Origin: a virus
Lineage: Duplodnaviria > Caudoviricetes
DNA: 64,000 nt
Direction: 5' to 3' (one strand)
Virus record (IMG/VR): IMGVR_UViG_3300005458_000014
Coordinates: 1-64,000 of that record
The notes beneath the pieces are model-generated. The model had not been told where the DNA came from, ran no database searches, and saw only the letters and a list, made by a program, of their open reading frames with translations. Positions 9,769-18,500 of this stretch are shown in pieces (the stretch's first letter is position 1; each line of letters starts with the position of its first letter). Made by a program: the position numbers and the translations under genes.

Positions 9769-9782
9769 TCGTATCTCCGCAG

Positions 9783-11816
9783 CTACCGGATGGACTCCAG
9801 GTAGTCGGCGGCATCCTTCAGGTCCTCGATCTGAGTGGCCGGCGGGAGGGCGGCCAGGATCTGGGGGCCGTAGCGCTTGGTCCGCAGCCGGTTGTCCAGG
9901 ATGGCCACCAGGCCGGCGTCATCAGCATGCCGGATCAGCCGTCCGAAGGCCTGGGTCAGGACCAGGATCATCGACGGGATGGTCATCCGGGTGAAGCCCG
10001 CCCACCGGTCGTTGTAGCGCCTGATCAGGGCGTCCACCCGGGCCTGGATCAGGATGTCACTCGGCACCGCGAACGGCAGCTTGTCGATGACCACCAACCG
10101 CAGGGCCTCACCGGGAATGTCGATGCCCTCGAAGAAGGTCCGCAGCCCGAAGATCACCGCATTGCCGTGCTCGCGGAACTGGCGCACCATCTCGGGGGCC
10201 GGGTAGTCGTCCTGCTTGAGCACCATCAGGCCCGCCCGATCGAACTGCCGGGCCAGCGCCCTGTAGGAGTCGTTCATCGCGGTGCGCGAGGTGAACAGCA
10301 GCAGGGCGCCGCCGCCGGACTTCGTCACCAGCTCGGCGGTGACCTCCTGGGCGCCGGCCCGCCACTGCGACTGGGTGGCCCGCTCGGGAGCGGGGAAGTC
10401 GCGGCCGGGAACGTACAGCCGGGACTGCTCGGGGAAGTTGAACGGCGAGCCGGCGTCGAAGGTGATCGCCTCGTCCCCGCCCAGGCCCAGCGTCTCGGAC
10501 AGGTAGCCGAAGTCCGGGGTGCCGTCGCGGTGCCTGCCGGTGGTCAGGGTCGCGCTCATCATGATCACCGGGAACTGGTCCCACATGGCGGACCGCAGGA
10601 AGCCGGCCACGCTGATCGGAGCTGACCGCAGCAGGATCCGGGTCCTGGCCTGCCCGCGCACCTCGTAGCTGTCCTGCTCGATCCAGCGGACGGTCTCCTC
10701 GGGCGCGTCGGTGGCGTAGTCCATCAGCCGGCACATCCAGTCGTCGGTGCGCCGCATCAGCCGCTGGCGGACCAGCTTGCCGTGGTCATCGGCCGGCCGG
10801 GTGTGCTTGACCTGCTCGCGGATGTCGTCGATCGCCTGCCAGAGGCTCTTGATCGCCGGGCCCAGCTCGTCGAGGATCCGCTTCACCGGCAGCGGCATCG
10901 GGTCGGCCTTGCCGTTCTGCGACCGGACGAAGTCGGCGTACATCCGGGCTGCCTGGCCGAACAGCGCCCGCAGGGCCTCGTCCATGTCCGGGCCGGGCTC
11001 CTCGTCCTCGCTCATCAGGTAGCCGCCCAGGTCGCCGTACAAGCGGCCCAGGGCGCCCTCGGTCATCGAGTCCTCCAGCGCCTTGGTCGCGGCCTCGGGC
11101 AGCGTGTGTGCCTCATCCACGGCCACCACGCCGATCTCGCCCAGCAGCGCGACATTGCCGCCAGTCGCGTTCCGCAGCTGGAGGTCAGTCATCAGCATCG
11201 CGGTGTTGGTGATGACGATGTTGGCCTCGGCGGCGGCGGCCTTGGCGCGCTCCGCGAAGCACTTCTCCGCGAACGGGCAGGACTTCTTGCCCGGGCACTC
11301 GGCAGCGCTCATCGAGAACGGCGCCCAGTCCCTGTTGGCCAGGGCCGGGAACATCTCCCGGTCCAGGATCCGCTTCGCGGCGATGGCCAGGGGGGTGCTC
11401 ATCTCCTCCATCAGGTCCAGGACCTGGCGCTGACGGGCGTCGGGGTTCTTGATCTGCTCGGCCCGGGCGAAGCAGGGATAATTGCTGCGGCCCTTCAGCA
11501 CCGCGTAGGTGAACGGCAGGCCCAGGTGCTCAAGCAGGAAAGGCAGGTCCTTGCGCGCGTACTGCTCCTGGAGCGCCTTGGTGGCGGTCGCCACGACCGC
11601 GGTCTGGCCGGTGGCCCGCGCGTGCTGGATCAGGGGAATCAGGACGGCCAGGGACTTGCCGGTGCCGGTGCCGGCCTGCATCAGGCCGTGCAGCTTGCCG
11701 GTCAGCGCCTGCTCGATCTGCGCGGCCAGGGCCATCTGGGCGGGACGGGCCGTGTAGCCGGGGAGACTGGCGGCGAGGACCTCCTGGGCCTCCGCGAAGC
11801 TGGTGGGAGTCGTCAT
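9783..11816 (-). CDS. dinG: DinG/YoaA-family ATP-dependent helicase
   Basis: QAGTGTGKS, LKGRSNYPC, Fe-S cluster Cys residues, DEAH, MSATL, LLLFTS, EGIDIPG, QAFGRLIR. Confidence 0.92.
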   Translation of the reverse strand: MTTPTSFAEAQEVLAASLPGYTARPAQMALAAQIEQALTGKLHGLMQAGTGTGKSLAVLIPLIQHARATGQTAVVATATKALQEQYARKDLPFLLEHLGLPFTYAVLKGRSNYPCFARAEQIKNPDARQRQVLDLMEEMSTPLAIAAKRILDREMFPALANRDWAPFSMSAAECPGKKSCPFAEKCFAERAKAAAAEANIVITNTAMLMTDLQLRNATGGNVALLGEIGVVAVDEAHTLPEAATKALEDSMTEGALGRLYGDLGGYLMSEDEEPGPDMDEALRALFGQAARMYADFVRSQNGKADPMPLPVKRILDELGPAIKSLWQAIDDIREQVKHTRPADDHGKLVRQRLMRRTDDWMCRLMDYATDAPEETVRWIEQDSYEVRGQARTRILLRSAPISVAGFLRSAMWDQFPVIMMSATLTTGRHRDGTPDFGYLSETLGLGGDEAITFDAGSPFNFPEQSRLYVPGRDFPAPERATQSQWRAGAQEVTAELVTKSGGGALLLFTSRTAMNDSYRALARQFDRAGLMVLKQDDYPAPEMVRQFREHGNAVIFGLRTFFEGIDIPGEALRLVVIDKLPFAVPSDILIQARVDALIRRYNDRWAGFTRMTIPSMILVLTQAFGRLIRHADDAGLVAILDNRLRTKRYGPQILAALPPATQIEDLKDAADYLESIR

Positions 11817-11959
11817 CAGGAGCTGTCCTCTCATCGGGTGCCGTCGGCCCGGGATCCCGGGCGGTAGTTCCATTATATTAGCAAGAAACTCTGTAGCGCA
11901 ACCTGATCAGGGTACCCGCCGGGTAGCAATCAACCTTGTATCATCGAAGGGTGACAGCC

Positions 11960-13543
11960 GTGGCGGAGGCAGAAGCAGAAGCCAGCTGGCCAGAGGGGAT
12001 CCTCTTCTGGCCCCCGAAGGTGATCCCCTTCCAGACCGACTTCATCGCCCGGATGTACCTGATGGGGCGTGCGCTGCTCGCGGCCGATCTCGGGACCGGC
12101 AAGACGGTCATGTCCCTTGGCACCACGGCGCTGGCGATGGAGCGCGGTGACATCGACATGATCCTGGTCGTCTGCGAGCGGAACAAGCTAGCCGAGTGGA
12201 AGGCCGACTTCGGGATCTTCACCCGGATCGCGGCTGAGGTCTACCACGGACCGCGGCGGCTGCGCCTGCTGGACGGACCGCTGCCGCCCGCGCTGATCAC
12301 CACCTACGAGACCTGCCGCCAGGACGTAGCCGTCTTCCCGCCGAAGGGATCACGGAGCAGGACCCTGGCCCCCGGGCCGCTCATGGAGGCCATGAAGGGC
12401 TTGCGAGTCGCGGTCATCTATGACGAGGTGACCAGGCTCGGGCACCGGTCCAGCAAGCTCTACAAGGCACACCACTGGATGCAGGGCCAGCTGCGGAAGG
12501 CTGACCGCGGTCTGGGCGTCCTGGGACTGTCAGCCACGCCGATGGAAACCGACCACGAGAACATCTTCAGCGAGCTGCGGGTCATCGCGCCGCATGCCAT
12601 GCCGACGGTGGCCGAGTTCGAGCGGCGCGTCATCCGCAGCCGCCACCCGGTCTACGGGACCCCGAACTACAGCCCCGAGGGCGTGGAGTGGTTCCGGGAG
12701 ATAGTCGCCCCGTGGATCCTGCGCAAGCGCAAGAGCGACCCGGACGTGCGCGAGTGGTTCCCGCCGCTGACCGAGAAGTTCCTGCGGATCGAGATGGGTG
12801 CCCGGCAGCGCGCGGCCTACCAGGCGCTGGAGGACCTGGCCTGGGACAGCGAGGGCAACTTCCGCGAGGTGCCCGGGCTGAACACGCTGCTGCACCAGCT
12901 GGCCGGGGATCCCTGGGCCGTCGGGGAGGGCGCCCGGACCGGGACATCGGCGCTGACGAAGATGGTGGCCGAGGAGATGACCGAGCTGGAGACCTGCCCG
13001 TCGGCCAAGGCCGAGGAGCTGATCCAGCTATGCGACCTGGTGATGTCCTCCGGCGGGAAGCTGCTGGTGTTCTCGTTCTACACCACCGTGCTGCGGGCGC
13101 TGCGCCGCCGCCTGGAGGGCCGCCCGGTGTATGTCTATACCGGCGAGCAGTCCGGAGCCGACCGCGAGGACCAGAAGGCCCGGTTCCGGGCGCACCAGGG
13201 GGGAGCGATCCTGCTGGCCTCCGACGCCGGGGCCCGCGGCATCAACCTGCCGGAGATCAGCTATGTCGTGGAGTATGACGTGGCCCGCACGCACGCGCTC
13301 CGCCAGCAGCGAATCGGCCGCGGGCACCGGCTCGGGAAGCAGGACCCGCTGACCGCCATCACCATGACCCTGGAGGGCACGATCGAGGCCAGCTCGGTCC
13401 GGACCCTGCTGCGGCGCAACGCCGACCAGGACTACATTCTCGGGGACGAGGGAGCGGACCGGCATGTCAGCGCCCGCGACCGAGCCCTGATGTTCGCCCA
13501 GTCCCGCCCCCGGAAGGTGCCTGATGCAGCCCCGCCTGACTGA
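11960..13543 (+). CDS. SNF2-family helicase
   Basis: ADLGTGKT, YDEV, LSATP, SDAGARGINL, QRIGRGHRLG. Confidence 0.88.
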   Translation: MAEAEAEASWPEGILFWPPKVIPFQTDFIARMYLMGRALLAADLGTGKTVMSLGTTALAMERGDIDMILVVCERNKLAEWKADFGIFTRIAAEVYHGPRRLRLLDGPLPPALITTYETCRQDVAVFPPKGSRSRTLAPGPLMEAMKGLRVAVIYDEVTRLGHRSSKLYKAHHWMQGQLRKADRGLGVLGLSATPMETDHENIFSELRVIAPHAMPTVAEFERRVIRSRHPVYGTPNYSPEGVEWFREIVAPWILRKRKSDPDVREWFPPLTEKFLRIEMGARQRAAYQALEDLAWDSEGNFREVPGLNTLLHQLAGDPWAVGEGARTGTSALTKMVAEEMTELETCPSAKAEELIQLCDLVMSSGGKLLVFSFYTTVLRALRRRLEGRPVYVYTGEQSGADREDQKARFRAHQGGAILLASDAGARGINLPEISYVVEYDVARTHALRQQRIGRGHRLGKQDPLTAITMTLEGTIEASSVRTLLRRNADQDYILGDEGADRHVSARDRALMFAQSRPRKVPDAAPPD

Positions 13544-13901
13544 AGCCGCCATAGAGCAGATGCGATCCGCTATCGAGAGTCTTCCCGTTCCTCAGGTCGT
13601 GAGGGACGGGATCGGGTGGGACACCATGCCCGCGCTGACCCCGGACGGCCTGACGATGGTCCCGATGATCATCCTGAAAGTCCCCGGGGCGCTTGACCCG
13701 GCCGGGGACCCCGTCTACGTGCTGCACACCGGGATCCCCGGCGTGGAAGTGCACGAGAGTCAGGCCGGATGGAACGAGGCCGTTCGCAGGGTCTACAGCA
13801 GCGCTCAGGCAGAGTGTGATGAGCGGGCGACCTGGTACCGGTCCCACGGCAACGGCCATGAGCGGCGCTCGCCCGGCGGCCTGCACCTCCCGGGCAGGTA
13901 A
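13524..13901 (+). CDS. Hypothetical protein
   Basis: 125 aa ORF overlapping the SNF2 stop. Confidence 0.6.
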   Translation: MQPRLTEAAIEQMRSAIESLPVPQVVRDGIGWDTMPALTPDGLTMVPMIILKVPGALDPAGDPVYVLHTGIPGVEVHESQAGWNEAVRRVYSSAQAECDERATWYRSHGNGHERRSPGGLHLPGR

Positions 13902-13930
13902 TCCGGCCTGACCCGGTGACCAACCCGGGC

Positions 13931-15532
13931 TCAGGCTGCCAGCATCGAGATCACCTGGCCGGCTGAGCCGGCTGCCCCGGCCGCGCCCGTGCCAGCTCCC
14001 GAGCCGGCCGAGCCGCCCTGCACCGTGACCGATCCGCTGCCGGTCAGCGGGGTCGTGGTGAAGGTGATCACGGTGCCCCCGCCGCCACCCCCGCCGCCGC
14101 CGACATTGCCGGTGATCGGGGTGGCTCCGTTGCCGCCCTGGGCCGCGATGATCCCGTTGTTCAGGACCGACTTGGCCAGGATGACCACTACCCCGCCGCC
14201 AGATCCGCCGCCGCCGCCCGAGTGCGTGCCGTCGCCCGAGCCCGCGCCGCCGCCCGCGCCGCCGCCCAGCAGGGCCAGCTGCCCTGCCCACAGCGCCAGG
14301 CCCGCCAGGGCGTTGTAGGGGAGCTGCCAGGGCGCGGTCGAGGGACTGCCGCCCACCGTGCCGCCAGCGCCTCCTGAGCCCTTTGAGGGGCTCGATCCGC
14401 CGTGCCCGCCCGCGCCGGCCGCGAGCGAGGACATCGAGGGAGCCGCGGCCCCGGCATTGACGGTGCCCGCGGCCCCTGCCCCGGCCAGGTACATCAGCGA
14501 GCCAGCCAGGGTGCCCGGGCTGGAGCCGGACCCGTTGGACCCGGAGTTGGTGATAGTCCCGTTGTTCACGACGGGCCCGTTCACCTGGAGCGGCAGGCCC
14601 GCGGTGTCGAGCGTGACGCCGGAGCTGACCGTCAGGCTGGACGGCGGGTTGGCCAGGAAGGCACCGGTCAGCGTGTAGGTGCTCCCGGCCAGGGTCATCC
14701 CGGAGTGCGTGGTCGTGCCGTCCAGGGTGATCGCCCCGGCTGTGCCCGGCCCGAAGATCCCGTAGAAGGAGATGGCGTTCGGGGCGTCCAGAGCACCCGG
14801 GATCCGCACCGTGTCCCCGGCCGTGCCGAGTACCACGGTGCCCGGGTCCGGCGCGCTGGCGCCAGCGCCGATGGCGGTGGATCCGTCCCCGCTGGCGCTG
14901 GCCCCGGCGCCTACTGCGGTAGACCCGTCCCCGGCTACGGTGGCCCCGTTTCCGACCGCGGTCGAGGTGTCCCCGGTCGCCTGGGAGGCGGCCCCGAGCG
15001 CGGTTGCCTGGGCTCCGGGAGCAGTAGCCCGCTGGCCGAGCGCAACCGCCCCGGATCCGGCCGCCTGGGCCGCCTGGCCTGCCGCGGTGGCATTCACGCC
15101 GCCCGCTGTGGCCCCCTGTCCCACGGCGGTCGCAGCCGCGGCCGTGGCCTGCGCGGTGTCTCCGAAGGCCGAGGAGGTGTCCCCGCCAGCCGAGGAGCTG
15201 TTCCCCAGGGCGGTCGAGCTGGCCCCGGTGCCCGGGAAGGTCAGCTGGACCGCGGCGGCCGAGGAGACCTGCACGTCGATGTCGGGGAAGACCTTCGCGC
15301 TCTGGCCGGACGGCTGAGCCTGGATGTCTACCCGCTGCGGGGCGTCCAGATAAAAGTCAATGGTGCCGTCGGAGGTGATCCACGGGTTGGCCAGCAGGTC
15401 CGAGGAGATCCCGTCAGCGTAGACCGGCACCCCGACCGGGGTCTGGGTGCCGTTCTCGAACACGGTGATCACCGAGCCCGCCAGCAGGTCGCCCTCGCTG
15501 TCGGTCACCTGGCCCAGGTAGTGCGCTCGCAT
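13931..15532 (-). CDS. Tail fibre/adhesin with YadA-head-like repeats and Gly-rich domain
   Basis: Repeats of STAVG.GA.A.GD; GGGGGSGGGVV motifs. Confidence 0.75.
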   Translation of the reverse strand: MRAHYLGQVTDSEGDLLAGSVITVFENGTQTPVGVPVYADGISSDLLANPWITSDGTIDFYLDAPQRVDIQAQPSGQSAKVFPDIDVQVSSAAAVQLTFPGTGASSTALGNSSSAGGDTSSAFGDTAQATAAAATAVGQGATAGGVNATAAGQAAQAAGSGAVALGQRATAPGAQATALGAASQATGDTSTAVGNGATVAGDGSTAVGAGASASGDGSTAIGAGASAPDPGTVVLGTAGDTVRIPGALDAPNAISFYGIFGPGTAGAITLDGTTTHSGMTLAGSTYTLTGAFLANPPSSLTVSSGVTLDTAGLPLQVNGPVVNNGTITNSGSNGSGSSPGTLAGSLMYLAGAGAAGTVNAGAAAPSMSSLAAGAGGHGGSSPSKGSGGAGGTVGGSPSTAPWQLPYNALAGLALWAGQLALLGGGAGGGAGSGDGTHSGGGGGSGGGVVVILAKSVLNNGIIAAQGGNGATPITGNVGGGGGGGGGTVITFTTTPLTGSGSVTVQGGSAGSGAGTGAAGAAGSAGQVISMLAA

Positions 15533-15561
15533 GATGCCTCCTCACCGCTTCCCTGGCGGGG

Positions 15562-18500
15562 TCACAGCGCCGCGGCGATCTGCTGGTAGGAGGACACCAG
15601 GCCGGTGCCGGGCGACCCGCGCTCGATTGCCTGCCAGGTCGCGATGGTGGCGGCATCAGTGAAGACCGGCTCCGGCGTGGTGTTGGCCTCGTACCAGTAC
15701 AGCCACTGGCACAGCGGGAAGTCCGAGATGGCACCGCCCGCGGCCGGGAAGCTGCTCGTCAGGTAGGCCGCGTCCAGCTGGAGCCGGGCGTTCCGGGCCG
15801 CGTTGCCCACCGGGTCATAGATCCCGTACTCGGTGATTCCGACCGGCCGGAGGGTGCCGACGATCGAGGCATTGGTGACGACCTTCAGCCAGTTCAGCCA
15901 GTCGGGGTCGCTGGCCAGGCCGTTAGCCGTCCAGTTCCAGGCGCCGGACTTCCCGGTGCCGTCCTGGCCCTGGTACACGTCGATCGTGAAGTAATCGACA
16001 TAGGGGCCCAGGCCGCGCAGGTAGTTGCCGGCCTTGGCGTCGGCGTTGTTCCCGGCCCCGTACTGGTACCCCAGCGCGCACATGGCGATCTTGACGTTCG
16101 CGCCCGCGTGCGCCCGGATCAGCGTGCTCTGGGCCTTGAACTCGGAGACGAACTGCGAGCCCGCCCCGTAGTCGTTCTCCGGCTCGTGGTGGTAGATCAC
16201 GATGACCTGCCGCCCCGCCGGGATCGAGTTGATGTAGCTGACGACATTGGTGGTCTGGGTCTTGTAGGAGACCACGATCGTCACGTCCGCGGGCGTTCCG
16301 TCGGCGTCGAAGCTGGCCGGCAGGGCTCCGGAGTAGAACAGCCGGTGCGTCTGGCCCGGGCCGATCTGGCTGTTGACCGTGTTCCAGGCGCCCTTGGCCA
16401 CATCGAATCCGATGAGCTGGGCGACCCGGCTGCCCTGGGCGGCGCCGATCAGCGAGTAGCTGCCGGTCCCCAGGTAGATCAGGTCCGTGTTCTCCGCGCC
16501 CGCGGCCTTCCGCTGGGCGAATGTCCTGGCGACATAGCCCAGGAACGCCTGGCCCTGGGCTGCGGTGAACTTCGAGCGGTCCACGCCGAAGCCGGCCAGG
16601 CCCAGGGGCTTGACATGCGCGTCCGCGAAGCTGGAGGCCAGGGTCAGCGTGTCCCCGCCGGAGCCCGGCGCCGGGCCGGTGCACCAGAAGTAGGGCATGA
16701 TCAGGTCCACCAGGTCATCGCCCGGGTACCAGGCCGGCAGCGCGTTGTGCACGATCGAGGCATTGTCGATGGTGAATGCGTGCTGGTAGCCGTTCGCCCG
16801 GATCGTCGTCACGTAGTCCGGCAGCAGGGCGAAGTACCCGGCCGGAGACGAGAAGACCTGGTCCGCCCCGGCCCACAGCGAGACATAGCAGTCCAGGCCG
16901 CCGGCCTGGCAGGAGGCCAGGAACGCGCCGAGCTGCTGCGGCGTGGTAGTGGCATCGGGCCGGAAGTCGATCAGCACCCGGCGCCCGGCTGCCGCGTCGG
17001 CCGCAAGCGGGCTGGCGGCCAGGCTGGACGGTACCTGGTTGCCGAGCGCGTACCTGCGGACGGCGACGGGCTCGCCCGTGGCCGCTGCCCAGGCGGCGAT
17101 CGAGGGGTCGCTCCCGGGCACGCTGCCGAGATCCACGCCGAGCCCGGAGGCCGGCAGCGGGATGACAAGGCCGCCTGCCAGCAGGACACCCGGGGCGGAC
17201 AGCGCGGCCAAGGCCGCGAGGGTGCTGCCGGTATGCACGATGTAGTCCTGCCCGTAGGTGTCGCAGTAGGTGTCGGTGTAGATGTCCCCGCCATCGGCCA
17301 GCGCGTAGGTATCGGTGTAAATGTCGGAGTAGATGTCGGTCCAGGTCTGCGGGCCGGCCACGGCGGCCTCCGGGGACTCCCAGACCAGCGCCCTGCCGAG
17401 ATGGGCATCAGACGGCGGCGGCGGCGGGCCGGGGAAGTCGCTGGCCGGGGACTGGAGGCCCAGGGCCTGGCGCACCCGGAAGAACCAGGCCTCCGGCAGC
17501 GGGGAGCTGGACATCTGCCAGCGCGGGTCATTCTCGACCGCGGCGTAGTGGTCCTGCGGTGCCAGGTTCGGTCCGTGCCCGATCCCGCTGGGCCGGGGCA
17601 TGATCCCGTGCGGCCAGGTGACATACCAGGGCCGGATGGCCAGCGAGCTGACCGCGACACCAGGGCGGTAGGCCGACACGCGCCAGCGCAGCTGGGTGCC
17701 GGCGCCCGGCGCCGGGGGCGCGAAGGTGACTGCACCGCGGGGATTGTTGCGGATGTCGTAGGCGGCCTGCCAGGTCGTGCCGCCGTCGTTGGAGAACTCC
17801 CAGACCAGCGCGTCCTCGAAGATGCTGATGTTATCCACATCCCAGGCGTCGGCTGTGGATACCTTCTGGATCAGCCGCGCGCTGACCGTGGTGCCGAGCG
17901 GGATCACCGAGGTGTCCATCTCGCCCCAGGTCGGGGCCGCCGCGGCGATCGCCGCCCAGGTCGGGAAGGCGGCCTCCTCATCCGCCCAGGTGTTCTGCGA
18001 CGGCTCGCCCGTCCCCAGGGTGAACCCGGCGAACCACTCGGTGACGGTGCCGCCCGCCACGAACTGCTCCTCCTCCGCGATGACCGCCCCGGTCGGGCCG
18101 TCCAGGAGCTGAAGGTAAAGCGGGGCGGTCAGCGCTACAGGGGAGAAGACCCGGGCCGCCGCGTAGACCCGGCCTGCCGCGGTGGTCGCGACCGGCGGGC
18201 TGGTGTAGGCGATACCGCCCATGGCCGACGAGACCGGCGGCAGCCCGAAGTCATGCCACGACGGGAACTGGGTCTCTACGTCCTTCCAGGTGGCGTACTG
18301 GCTTTCCAGCCAGGCCCAGCTGGCCGGGGCGAAAGGCGTGTCGAGCTGCGGCGAGCCCTGCCCGCGGGAGACGCTGACCATCGTGCCGAGCTGCGAGCTG
18401 ACCTCGCTGGAGGCCAGCGGCAGGGCATCTCCCACCGGGCCCCAGCTGGCGAACTCGTCCTGGCTGAAGTCAGGGTCGTTGAGCAGCTGCACCGGATCGG

